The translations under genes were made by a program, and so were the position numbers. DNA of 64,000 nucleotides from Eledone cirrhosa (taxonomy: Eukaryota), in NCBI GenBank assembly GCA_964016885.1, contig OZ024746.1:81654001-81718000 (forward strand). Direction: 5' to 3'. This document shows, one piece after another, positions 1 through 12,764 of this stretch (its first letter is position 1; every line of letters begins with the position of its first letter). A model generated the notes under the pieces. That model had not been told where the DNA came from. It did no database searches and saw only the letters and a program-made list of their open reading frames with translations.

Positions 1-87
1 ACTTTTAAATAGGAAGTCGCGAAAAACTGACACGAGGAAATAAAAGCTAAACAACAAATGAATAAACAAATAAACAAATAAATAAAT

Positions 88-278
88 TAATTGTTTCTAC
101 TTTTGGCACAAGGCCAGCAATCACCTCAGTGTATTACTGGTGTTTCATTTTATCGACCCCGTAAGGATGAAATGCAAAGTTAACCTCGGCGGGATTTGAA
201 CTCAGAATGTAAAGGACCATAACTCTATGCTGCAAAGCATGGTGTCTGACGCTCTACCGATACTGCCAACCCAACGCC
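88..278 (-). mobile_element. tRNA-derived SINE, family A (Nin/Deu-like central domain)
   Basis: The minus strand has a box A-like TGGCAGTATCGG, box B GTTCAAATCC, a core TTTCATCCTTACGGGGTCGATAAAAT and the tail GGCCTTGTGCCAAAAGTAGAAACAATTA. About 20 full or partial copies occur in the window. Confidence 0.85.
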
Positions 279-1028
279 TGATTTCTAATTTAGGGACAAG
301 GCCAAAAAATTTGAAGGGAGAGGAAAGTCGATTACATCGATCCACTACTAGACTGGTACTTTAATTTAGCGACCTCCTTGGAGCAGATTTGACCTCGGTG
401 GGATTTGAACTCGGAATGTAAAAATCTGGGTAAAATACTTCAAACCAATTCTTCAGATGCTCTAACAATTCTAAATACATAATAAATTTTAAAAATGGAA
501 AAAAATTTGATTTTTTTTTTTTTTTTTTCGTTAAAGTTTTTGTAGTATTCTTCGATTCAATGTTCACGTAATGAAACACACACTGAAGGAGACTTTAAAT
601 AGTCAATGAACTTGTTAGAAATATCAAAAAAATATCATTCAAATAACCCCTCTCCGGCTTGATTTTAGAGTATAAATATAATCCTAGATACACTGTGTCT
701 GAAAATAAGACGGTGTGATACGTTTTTATCAGAGGTTTTCTCACCACCACCAACATAAAGTAATGTAACAGTTGGGTTGTGTGTATATTACACAGACATA
801 ACGGTACGAGAGGGACCTATAAAAAATGAAAAAAATAAACTTTTTAGTTCTTAAGTATGGTTTTATTAATATTGAAGAAATAGTGCATTAAATTTTTTTA
901 ATATTTCATATATACTTCTCACGTTACTCTGTCAGATGACGTACACAAAAAGAAATTTACATTCATGCATATTATACATGAATGCATTCATACACAGCTG
1001 TACATATATACATCAATGTATTCCTACC

Positions 1029-1063
<35 letters not shown>

Positions 1064-1934
1064 GGATGCATTCATATATCCATACATATACACATGAATG
1101 CATTCAGATATCCATGACTGAGTTGTTAGAGAATTGGATTCGCAATCGTGAGATTGTGAGTTCGATTCCCTTTATGTCACAATGCTCATTCTACCTGAAG
1201 TTGCGACCGATAGATAGTATTAGCAATTGGAAAGACCAATGGAAACATTGTTTCCTCGGTCCGATCTGACGAAAGTTGATCGACTGTCTATATATATATG
1301 TATTTATACATACATACAAGTATGATGATGATTGTTTCAGTTTGTCAGATGATATTCGGCTCATTGGAAACATCTGTACATCACTGGCTTACAGTGTTAT
1401 ATAATTGTACGTCTCACCATTGCCTAAGTAATTAGATGTTGACTAATTAAATAAATGTAGATGAATAAAAGATCATCAGAAACTATTTCAATCGCAAGTT
1501 TTATATCACTGAGCTTTCTCCTAAACTTTTTCTGCTAAAAGATATCCACCCATCAATAGGAAGATGTTTTCTAGGTTTTCTTTCTCCGAAAGGTTTTACT
1601 GCGCACCCAGACATTGATCTGTATAACTCTACAACTCCATGGAAATATGTATAAAACACCAGTTGTCTTAAGAAACTTTGAGAACATTTGAAATGTCGCC
1701 CATAATAATTGTTTCTACTTTAGGCACAAGGCCAGCAATTACCCAGTGCATTACTGGTACTTTATTTTATCGACCCCGTAAGGATGAAAGGCAAAGTCAA
1801 CAATAACCGATCATTATAAATAGTTGAGAAAATAGGATAAAGTATCCCTGGAAACGGAAAAATAGACAGAGGCGCCCCTAGCCACTTTTTCGTGTCTTCA
1901 GATGTATTTTACCCGATTTTCTCAGCTATTATTT

Positions 1935-2125
1935 ATAATTGTTTCTACATTTGGCACAAGGCCAGCAATTACCCAGTGCATTACTAGTACTTTATTTTAT
2001 CGACCCCGTAAGGATGAAAGGCAAAGTTGACCTCGGCAGGAATTGAACTCAAACTGTAAAGGGCCGTAACTCTATGCTGCAAAGCATGGCGTCCGACCTT
2101 CTACCGTTACTGCCAATCCACCGCC
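1935..2125 (-). mobile_element. SINE family A, full length with TSD
   Basis: Matches the family A consensus and is flanked by the direct repeat ATTATTTATAAT. A 5'-truncated copy lies at about 1703-1800. Confidence 0.85.
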
Positions 2126-2895
2126 ATTATTTATAATGATCTATTTATAATGATCGATTATTATTTTGTTTCTTTACATTAGTACGACTACATACATGTG
2201 TATATTAAGGTTCTCTTAAGACCGTTTCCTATCTTCTGTATAGTTAGTCAGCCAATACCAAAGAACAGCCATCTATGCACATGTGGAACATGAAAAGTGG
2301 GTGTATTTTGGAAGCCGCTACAATACAGATAAGGTCATAATTATTGAAATGACAAAATCGGATAAGGAAGGAGAGAAGTGATATTAAGTGCAAAGAAGGG
2401 AAAAAAAGGTAGTAAAAGGAGAAACCAAATATTATGTTATCATATTAATATTAATTAATCCCGATATATTTCGGATAAATATTCATTTTCAAGGGATCTG
2501 TTGGGAACCTCGGAAAGGACCTTTTTAGGTTGAATATTTGAGGCGATTCTTCATCTATATCACTTTCTCAATTCTATTTCTCTGGAAGAAATCAGCTGTG
2601 TTCTGACCTAGAGAAAAATGGACCCCACCAAATTTAAATCCCCCAAACATACCATATACAACCACGATACGCCTACGATTCCATTAGACTAAAGGATCCA
2701 TGGCACGGATAGGTGTTTTGGTATTAAAGATAAAAGTCGTGATATTGTGCTACGAAGTATTATGCTACTCCCTTTTGACTTTTCTATGAACTTTGCGAAC
2801 AATATATTTTGTAATCGTCAGCAATGATCATACCCATTGGAAACGTAAACAATCATGATGTATATTATATATCGTATATCATATATCATATATAT

Positions 2896-2899
2896 ATGT

Positions 2900-2963
<64 letters not shown>

Positions 2964-2967
2964 GCGC

Positions 2968-3036
<69 letters not shown>
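2896..3036. repeat. (TG)n microsatellite, followed by a degenerate CA-rich tract to about 3500
   Basis: Seen directly in the sequence. Confidence 0.95.
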
Positions 3037-3039
<3 letters not shown>

Positions 3040-3670
3040 GCGCAAACACATACTCACACACATTTATTTATTTATTCATTTAACATACAATCACACCACA
3101 TGGCGCACATACATAGTCCACAACACATACACATGCATACAGGTACACACATAGACACACATGCACACACCCGGACAATGAAACACGCATACTCACACAA
3201 CCACCATGCACACAGTACTAAGAACACATCTAAAAACATACACATAAAACATGCATTGTAACATAGGTTTACACCGGTTTGCGCACAAACTCTGTCGACA
3301 TAAACACACATGCAACCATAAAGACGCGCACACACTTTCATGGCAAAACACACAAAATACACAAACATAGACACACACACACATTCAGAAAGGCACATGC
3401 GCATATACACCCCATATAAACACAAAATACACACACATATACTCACATTGGCAACATTATAGAACACAGACACACGTAGTCCGAAGTACACATGCACACA
3501 CAAATTGAAACAGTAAATCAATGTGACACAATTGCCCTGACCTTTGAATTTCAGGTAGAGTTTAATCGATGCGCTTCCACATAGTCTCCGTCCATCTAAA
3601 TTCACTCACATGAACTGATGCTACAAGTTACAGGTGATGGAAAATCATTATTGCGAAGCGAACATCCTCG

Positions 3671-3741
<71 letters not shown>

Positions 3742-3745
<4 letters not shown>

Positions 3746-3881
3746 AACGAGTAGGACTCCGACGGCTGAGCTCAAGCCGTTGCGACGGCTAATTCTGGAC
3801 CTATTACCCACTCTACTACCCTAAGTATTGAGTACTTTGGTGCGTTATTGTCCACCTGGTTCCTTACCACATTTCCTTCGT

Positions 3882-3882
<1 letters not shown>
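3742..3882 (+). mobile_element. Hairpin-headed non-autonomous element, internally deleted copy (family also at 52261 and 59248)
   Basis: Shares GGCTGAGCTC and TATTACCCACTCTACTACCCTAAGTATTGAGTACT...GTCCACCTGGT with the other two copies. Flanked by (TA)n. Confidence 0.7.
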
Positions 3883-3913
<31 letters not shown>

Positions 3914-3954
3914 TTCAAAATATTAACAAATATAGACATTCGTGTGATCAAGTA

Positions 3955-4021
3955 TATTTTATTATACATATTTCAGAGGTACTGAGCTATCTTCAACAGT
4001 ACGTCCTCATCAGATAAAATA
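3955..4021 (-). ncRNA. Minimal type-I hammerhead ribozyme motif
   Basis: The minus strand reads TATTTTAT-CTGATGA-GGACGTACTG...CAGTACCTCT-GAAA-TATGTA-TA-ATAAAATA. It has an 8-bp stem I, a 10-position stem II with one mismatch, an intact core, a quasi-palindromic stem III and an AUA cleavage triplet. Confidence 0.75.
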
Positions 4022-5716
4022 AGAATATGCTTGACATACCATGACTATGTAGATGGTTAAAATTCAGTCATGGCAGTGAATAAGTTAGGACAAAACTCAA
4101 TATTTATATACCTTAAGATTGAGACATGAAAAAATTACATATAATACAGAGGGTGCGTGTGAGAAAGCTTATAAAGATACATAATAATAAATAACAACTA
4201 ATATAATATAAACCTACTGTTAGAAATTTAAATAATTTAAATAAAGTAATATATGGATAACACATTATTGTAGAAAGATGAAGTGAAAGACAGAGAGAGA
4301 AACAGATGAGGAAAGAGAGAATGACTAGAAGTATAGAATTATCTTATGCACGAAAGCAAAAGAAAATTGATTAAGGATAGAGAGAAGAGGAGAAAAATAA
4401 ATTTTATAGTATAAAACATAGGGAGAGAGACTTGTATTGTCGTGGATGAACAGCGTATAATTAGATGATGTAAAAATATATATATAAATATATATTTGGG
4501 CATAGCTTGGTGAATGAATAATTTCGAATCGTTAAATTATTTAGAAATAGTCAATCAATCAAAATATCAAATATATATCTGGGTGTAGTTATATGACGGT
4601 TTATTTTCGAATCCTTAAGTTAATTAGAAATAGTCAATTAATCAAATATATATATCCCAGCGCATCCGGATGACCGTTAAATTTCGAATCTTTATGTTAG
4701 TTAGAAATAGTGAATTAATCTAATGGCATAAGATGTCTGACTATAAAATTTATAAGGATTTATATTTTAGTATATCATATTTAAAGTATTTGCAAACATG
4801 AGAAAGAAAAGACTTAAGATTTTCTTCATCCCGAAGGTAATCAAAATTAAATTATATTTAAAATTTTTTTTATTTTAAAGAAATTTTATATTAAAAAATA
4901 ATTATTATATAATTTAGAGAATAATTACAATTATAAAGTTAAAATTAGAATGCCCTTAAGTATCCAAACACCATATAAGTGTACTTAAAAAGGATATTAT
5001 TAAACTAGATATACGCATTTGTCTAAATTTATACAAAGAGTACATTGTTTAAAGTTTAAGATGATATTAGTCAGTTATATATAATATAATAAATATAATT
5101 ACTGTTAATAGTGTTAAAAATAAAGTTTTACGTCAAGTATTATATTAAAAAATTATTCAACTAGGATCATTTAAGACATATATACTATAAATATACAAAT
5201 TACACTTCTTGAATCATGAAACACAGATTCAAAATAAATAAATGAATGGTTTGCGAGACCCTATAAGTGTCAAATATATAAGCTATATAATTTAAAAATA
5301 CAAGAACATTTATAAGGATTTATATTATAGTATAATATCATATTTAAAGTGTTTGCAAACATGAGAAAGAAAAGACTTAAGATTTTCATCAACCCAAAGA
5401 TAATCCCAATTTAATTATATTTGGATACTTAAGGGCATTCTAATTTTAACTTTATAATTGTAATTATTCTCTAAATTATATAATGATTATTTTTTAATAT
5501 AAAATTTCTTTAATATAAAAATTTGTTTAAATATAATTTAATTTGGATTACCTGAACTTCCACCAGAAAATCTTTCGTATCTTTGAAAATTTTTTTGCTT
5601 CTTATATATATATATATATGCAAAAGGCAAACAGAAATAACACAGTACAATGAAGAAGTATATTATTAGTTCCTTCATCAGAAAATATTATAGAATGAGA
5701 AATCAAAGAAGAAACT

Positions 5717-6071
5717 GGGGGTAATTGCTGGCCTTGTGCCAAAAGTCCAACCAAAGCATAATTACGTCCCTTTACGATCTGAGTTCAAATCCCGCCGAGG
5801 TTGACTTTGCCTTTCATCCTTACGGGGGTCGATAAAATAAAGTACCAGTAATGCACTGGGTAATTGCTGGCCTTGTGCCTAAAGTAGAAACAATTATATA
5901 TAGGCGGTGGATTGGCAGTATCGGTAGAGGGTCGGACGCCATGCTTTGCAGCACAGTTACGTCCCTTTACGGACTGAGTTCAAATCCCGCCTTTCATCCA
6001 TACGGAGTCGATAAAATAAAGTACCAGTAATACACTGGGATAATTGCTGGCCTTGTGCCAAAAGTAGAAAC

Positions 6072-6078
<7 letters not shown>
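5717..6078 (+). mobile_element. Tandem SINE family A copies
   Basis: A tail fragment, a 5'-truncated copy (to about 5897) and a near-full copy starting GGCGGTGGATTGGCAGTATCGG at about 5903. Confidence 0.85.
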
Positions 6079-6128
<50 letters not shown>

Positions 6129-6408
6129 TATGCATATTTATACACCCGCCAATCGACGCCCACTCCGTTTCGCCCAAACAACAAGAACAACAACAACAAT
6201 ATACATTAAGCAACAAGCAAACACAAACCAAATCTGCTAGTATCTGAAGAGTTCTTTAACATTTGTACAGCTCATGTTTCTGCGCTCTGTTGATGTTAGT
6301 AAGTTATATTGAATTTCTTCAGTAGATTGGCGATATTAAACAGAGTAGAGTCAGAAGGACGTTAGTTAAACAGTCAGTGTTGTTGTTAGCCCTCTGATGT
6401 TTTGACTC

Positions 6409-6435
6409 GTTTCCATGGAAACCGTTGTGACGTCA
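6409..6435. promoter_or_regulatory. Perfect RFX X-box plus perfect CRE
   Basis: The 14-bp palindrome GTTTCCATGGAAAC (6409-6422) lies 5 bp from TGACGTCA (6428-6435), in non-repetitive CpG-containing DNA. Confidence 0.6.
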
Positions 6436-6514
6436 TTGCTCGGATGAATGTCAACTGGAAGGAGATTGAAAAACACAAGAGACGATAGATTTATATACAT
6501 CGGGTGTGTGTGTG

Positions 6515-6591
<77 letters not shown>

Positions 6592-6665
6592 CGTGCACTG
6601 TTATAGATTTATATATGGATGTGGACATCTATATATGTTTGTGGGTCATATATATATATATATTT

Positions 6666-6701
<36 letters not shown>

Positions 6702-6708
6702 TATGCAA

Positions 6709-6761
<53 letters not shown>

Positions 6762-6819
6762 TATACATATATATATACAATATATTAACAATTGGAAACT
6801 ATATTTATAAAACAATATT

Positions 6820-6885
6820 TATTTCATTATACATATTTCAAGGGCCACCAGAGCAAACTATGCTGCGCTTTCATCAGATAAAATA
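6820..6885 (-). ncRNA. Minimal type-I hammerhead ribozyme motif (left arm of an inverted pair)
   Basis: The minus strand reads TATTTTAT-CTGATGA-AAG...CTT-GAAA-TATGTA-TA-ATGAAATA. Confidence 0.75.
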
Positions 6886-7074
6886 TAATATAGGTTAGTT
6901 TTATAAATAAATATTGACATACCCTTAAAAAATGCAACCATTCTGGTTGGAATCTCCTGGATAGTGGAGTTATTGGATTTATTGTTGGTTTATTATGCAA
7001 ATTAGTGTTGGAAAGGTTTAAAAACAGTATATTTAAATTAAGCCGTTGGAATAGAGAAAAACTAACCTATATTA

Positions 7075-7140
7075 TATTTTATCTGATGAAAGCGCACCAT
7101 AGTTTTCTCTGGAGGCTCTTGAAATATGTATAATGAAATA
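7075..7140 (+). ncRNA. Minimal type-I hammerhead ribozyme motif (right arm of an inverted pair)
   Basis: Reads TATTTTAT-CTGATGA-AAGCGCACCATAGTTTTCTCTGGAGGCTCTT-GAAA-TATGTA-TA-ATGAAATA. Predicted cleavage is after A7132. Confidence 0.75.
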
Positions 7141-7269
7141 AATATGGTTTTATAAATATAGCTTCCATTTGTTAATATATTGTATTTACTCCAATAATTT
7201 GTTGAGTGCTTTATATCAGTTATAAAAATATTTTGCTTGTTGTATCCCAACAAATTAAATATAACCTCT

Positions 7270-7334
<65 letters not shown>

Positions 7335-7556
7335 TGTGTCTGGATTTTTATTTTTATAAAAAGGAAGTTTGTTTGTACGTTGATCGCTAATGAGACTAAA
7401 TAAAATTGATAATAATTAAGGTTTTTCGTGGGTTTTCAACTACTCTGACCTCCATCAAGCTAACTGGCGACTTATTTTCCGAAAAATGGAATGAGGGGGT
7501 GAGCTGGAGAAGAATTCATTGCTATTTCTAGCAGTCAGGCACTGTCCTATATAGAA

Positions 7557-8589
7557 CAGGGATCCCCAACCTGTGAGCCTAGGACCGCTGCGACTCTTCA
7601 GGGTGTTCAGTGAGACCCTCAGAACAAGATATGAATTATGCTCTTATCCAGCAGATTGCATGTAGCCAACAACTGGACGACAGCATCTTTTGCTACGTTT
7701 CAAAAATTTATATAAATTCAAACTACTTTGCAAAGAAGTAGTCTTTAGTAATAATCTATATTATGAAAGGAAACCCGTTTCTCTGTCTCTCGATCTCTCT
7801 GTTTGTCCGCCACGCTTCATATGTATATATGTGTGTGTATTCTGTGTGTATGTGGAAAAAAATCAACTTAAAAAAGGACAAAAAACGTGTGTGTGTGTGT
7901 GTTTCTCTATATCTTGTTTCAGGGGGGTACCAGAGGACAAGCCTCCCCCTCCTCCACACTTTTTCAGGAACGGGGTACAAACTATCTTTTGTCCCCACTT
8001 AATTTTTCCAAATTAAAAAACAAAGAAAATCCCACTAACAAGTCATACATGTGTATAATACATATTTTTACATGTTTATTTATATGCATATATTTATATG
8101 AATATATATATATAGACCCTAAGCTGCAATCGGTATTGAATTCTGTTCGTTCGATATTTACATCCATTTGCTAAAAATTAAAAAAGATCAACAAATATTT
8201 TTTTAATATTTGAACTTCATTTGAATATATAAAATTTAATTAGCATAACATTTTACTAATGTGATAGGGTTCGGGAAAAGCACCACGAGCAATACTAACA
8301 TGCTCCTTTAAGAATCAACAAATGTTGGTTTGTCCCCCTCACATGTTTACGGCAACCGAGGCCCCTGCCTTCAACATACAGATAACGCGATAGACTTCAA
8401 AAGACTATCTCGAAAAAAAAACGTGTGTGTCTGGCGAGTTTTGATGGAAAACGCGGCAATTCTAAGTGCAAACCTGTCATCATAAATACGTGAACTGTCT
8501 TCGATAATATGGATAATTCTAATATGTGGCTCTCGTCTAAATTTGGAATGTTAATGTGGCAATTTCATGCAAAAAGGTTGGGACCTCTG
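7557..8589. mobile_element. Non-autonomous hAT (Charlie-like) DNA transposon
   Basis: Ends are CAGGGATCCCCAACCT and AGGTTGGGACCTCTG, with an 8-bp TSD ATATAGAA/ATATAGAG. Confidence 0.75.
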
Positions 8590-8843
8590 ATATAGAGTGA
8601 AACACTACTTCATCTCTCTCCAGCTCTCACTCAATCCAGTCCCCATCTATCTAAGTAAAACTTTTGCAGATTTCTTTCGTTTGTTGTCAGCCGATCTTGC
8701 TGCTGCTGTTGCTGAAGAAGAAGAAGAAGAAGAATTTTCTTTTTAGTTCCTTGTTTTGCTAGTTAGAAGTTACTAAGTAGATGAAGTCACCGACCGCCTA
8801 TTCGTTCTCGTCGTCATTTGGCTTCGCTGGACTGTATCCTGCT

Positions 8844-8899
<56 letters not shown>

Positions 8900-8941
8900 T
8901 AACCGGTCCTAGCAGTGATACCCATGCTAGTTCCGGCAACC

Positions 8942-8996
<55 letters not shown>

Positions 8997-9171
8997 AAAC
9001 AAGGTGCTGTGTTGTTACTGATAAAATGTATTTAGAAATGAAAGGAAAGCACAAACAAGAGACAGGTCCCCTCTTCAGTTGTCTGCTGGGGGGTCTCGGA
9101 CGTTTCAACAAATTAAAGATATATATATGTGTGTGTCTGTCTGTCTGTCTGTCTGTGCGGAAATCTAATTA

Positions 9172-9433
9172 AATTAGTAACTTTTGCCGTAGTTTTTGAC
9201 AACAGAATATAGTCTCTTAATAATAGACCGCACAATCTCCTAGAACAGAACAAAAGGGACCACACTTTTTTTTTTTAATTTTCGCGATAACTGTTCTAGC
9301 CGATTATACCAACGAAAAGGCAAGTTGGTGTAATCGACATACAGATGTCCATTTCTTCCATTCCAGAGGATTAAACGCTCTGTTATTAAGAGATATATTC
9401 TGTTGTGAGAAAGTACGGCGAAAATTTCTAATT
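9172..9433. mobile_element. MITE-like element with imperfect TIRs of about 55 bp
   Basis: AATTAGTAACTTTTGCCGTAG...ACAACAGAATATAGTCTCTTAATAA is mirrored at about 9380-9433. Confidence 0.6.
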
Positions 9434-9509
9434 CAATTCAATTTTCAAATCCCACTGCCGTCTTCTTATCACGTGATATTTAATATATATATCCCTCTCC
9501 CACCCCCGA

Positions 9510-10010
9510 AAAAATCCGCTTGGTAACATGTAACTTAGTACAACCTCTTGCATGATCAGGTCATCAATGACTAAACAGGCAAGCCCACCAAGCTTGTTTG
9601 GTGAGGTCTGTGATATTGGACACCCTGCAGAATGAAAAACATAACCCGACAAATGGTGGAGGAACTCATAGCAGTCAACGGCCATCCAATAGTATATTTA
9701 CATATGTGCAGGGTCATAGAAATACTCAGGCTGGTTGGTGTCTTAGTGCGCGGTAAATTCACTGGAAGTGAGAGACCCCTAGTCTTCATTAGGATATTTC
9801 TTTAGGAGAGGGAAACTGATGTAAAACCTGCGGCTCAATAATAACCAGTGATGTTTATCTGTTCTTTTCGGATTATAGCCATTGTTGCTCAGTGAGTGGG
9901 ATTATTCCAGTGCAGGGAGTGTTTCTCACTATTAAAAAAAAACATTCACACACAGGCATCACACGATATAATATTCGTTTGATAGTCATACTCGATCACG
10001 GGGTGGCTGT
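9510..10010 (+). mobile_element. Probable RTE 5'-UTR-derived fragment
   Basis: TAGGAGAGGGAAACTGATGTAAAACC resembles a motif I recall from RTE 5'-UTRs. No ORF is present. Confidence 0.3.
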
Positions 10011-10047
10011 TATGTATGTATGCATGTATTTATGTATATATATATAT

Positions 10048-10165
10048 ATTGGAAAGTGAGGTTTTTTTTACAAAATGAAAAATAACCGAGGTGTCCTACA
10101 CGAGTGAAAGTATAAAGAAAAAGAGAGGAAATCGAAAATGCAACTGGAGTCTTATTTTTTTAAAA
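10048..10165 (-). mobile_element. Penelope-like 3' tail fragment (same family as 51373-51620 and 51980-52050)
   Basis: Shares GAAATCGAAAATGCAACTGGAGTCTTATTTT. In the 51.5 kb copy this sequence lies directly downstream of the hammerhead half CGAAACCGGTA. Confidence 0.5.
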
Positions 10166-10176
10166 CACACACACAT

Positions 10177-10310
<134 letters not shown>

Positions 10311-10640
10311 CCCACTTATAATAAAATATGAGTAAGGATACATTAAATTAGACAGAATGTTACGTAAACATAGATATGCATGTTTATCTTCACCAAGTTA
10401 GCTACATTGTATAAATGTAAACACTCTTTAGTGTCTAATGAATTCACACAAATGTCAAAATCTGAAGCTTCCACCCAGATCCGTTTATTGGAGCAAATTT
10501 TGACGATACTCATTTGAGCTCTTCATTCACTTGAGAGTACACCAGAGCTCAGATATCCACCGTACCGTACGTCTGATACGTTTATCAAGCGATATTAACA
10601 TTCATTTTTAATTTTGTCTTTTTTACCATTCAGATATACT

Positions 10641-10909
10641 CAGTAACGTGCAGGGGGTGGGGGCGACGGGCGTTGGCCCCGGGCTTCCTTTGGATGAGGG
10701 CATTATTTGAGGAAAAGAACTTAATAAATTTTATTAAAATTTTGTTAAAATCGAATAAAGCGTTTATTTCATGTTTCATCTGTGTTTATATATTCAAAAT
10801 ATTTTCGTTTCTCATACTATTTCTCAGTATATTTAGGCATTATACTTGAGTCTTTGAGGCATACAATCAAGATTTGTCTCGGGCGTTACCAGACCTCTGC
10901 ACGCCGCTG
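10641..10909. mobile_element. hAT-type MITE
   Basis: TIRs CAGTAACGTGCAGGGG and CCTCTGCACGCCGCTG, with a perfect 8-bp TSD GATATACT. Confidence 0.85.
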
Positions 10910-12764
10910 GATATACTTTATTTCATAATACTCAAATATATTCCTAGGATAAAATTACATAAAATTAATTTGTATTCGCTTCAACATAACCTGTAACAAT
11001 CTTTCAATGTATAACAGTCTATAAAAGCTATCCTCCCCAGTAACGCTTCCTCCTTTCTCTTCGCTGGGACCACAAAGCTGTTTGCGCCTGGAGTTCTGCA
11101 CGCTAAGGAACGTTTTCCAAACACTATCCGGGCTCGTATCATTGGAGTAATGGTTATTAGTAATCTTTCTCATGTTTCATTTTTATTTTTTAATTTCCAG
11201 GCTAATAAAGGAATATATAGATAGGATTATCTATAAATGCTACGAATTAAGTCTGTCGGACCCCAGAAAATAGAAAAATATAGAAAAAAAATAGAAAAAA
11301 ACAGAAAAAATAATTTGTCAATAGAAAAAAATAATTTGTCAATACTCAATACAATACCTGATTCACGAGTGGAACCCAAAGATTAATATTACTTATTAGT
11401 TAAAAATTGATAATAACTTTTACAATAACCGACCTTAGAATGGTGTACCAGAAAGTTAGTAAACTGAAAGTGGTATACAATATGGGGAGTTTTCACAACA
11501 AATAGAAAAAAAAAAGACAGTTTTCTTCGATAAGATGAGAGGGGGAAATTAGGAGAGTAAGAATTCACAGTAATAAAAATATTGATAAGCAGGTGAAGAA
11601 ACCGACAAACGGCATGCTAATTAACCTTCCAGCGCATCTCCCTTACCATCCTCCGGGGAAACACCTTCTCTATTCTGTCCGCCGGGGCCGTGAGGCGGCC
11701 AGCAAGTGGGACCCCATTTGCTCATAATACAGAGAGATGGGGAGACCGGGAGAGATAGAGGTGATGACAGTGGGAATTCAGCTCTTCCGTGTTCGGACCT
11801 GGTGTGCAGCGTCAGTTGTCCGGAGGGGGGTAGTGGTTTGTACTTAGCGAACGTTTTTAGAACCTTGTGTTTGCGATTCCTGTATATATTATTATGTTTG
11901 GGTTCACCACCATTAACGATCTTCAGTATCTTGACAGACAGAAAAAAAACACTGCAGTCATACTAACCAGTAAAACAGTTAAAAGAATTTAAGCCCGGAA
12001 ATATGCATTTTCCATTTTGAAGACGGTTGGTACGAAAATTGTCTTCTTTCTCACCTACGCATATACAGGGGGTGCGGGTGGAAGCATTTCTAAATGGGGG
12101 GGGGGGAGGCAAATTTGAACAATTTAGTTGTAATGATTAGTTTAGCTCTTTGTACTCTAAAATGGTCAGAAAACTCGATATGCGATAAACATAACATGTA
12201 CTTAAATTGTAGCGTTTATACAAATAGATGTGTTTTGGTAGTTTGGGGAGAAAATATGATTATTGGAGGGGGTACCCCCACCCCCAGTTCAAACACCACT
12301 ATATATATAACATTCAAAAACATGCTCTGTGCCCCTTCCTAAGGATTTAATATATAGAACTTCGCATTTAGTAAGGTATTATACCCAATTTATTCATCTA
12401 TATTTATATTTATATATATATACATACATATATATCTATCTATATATATTCATTTATTATGGCTATTGGTGAGCTTTGTTACTCTAAAGTTTCACCTGCG
12501 CACTCACGGGATCATCAGTCTTGTACGCAGGTGAGACTCCAGAGTAACAAGGCTTAACCATAATAAATGAATATTTAAACTCCACTTCGGTATTGAGTTT
12601 TCATTCTTACGTCCGGCAATAATTCACGTACTCTCAGGTCTTGAATAATCTTTCCCATCCTTATTAATTTGTCAGATCCCCTATTTACGAACGTACACTT
12701 TATAATCACTAATTTCCAAAGCGTTGCCTCACCATTTTTGCCACCCGTCCTAATATTTGAGAGT

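Noticed and set aside
2196-2318. Minus-strand exon with plausible splice sites
   Set aside because: All three frames contain stops; at most a non-coding exon, and unsupported.
6445-6489. MNVNWKEIEK resembling the CEP290 N-terminus next to an RFX box
   Set aside because: It stops after 14 codons with no in-frame donor, so it is probably chance.
9055-9110. Minus-strand CTGAAGA and GAAACGTC
   Set aside because: The order and pairing do not form a hammerhead; at best a deleted remnant.
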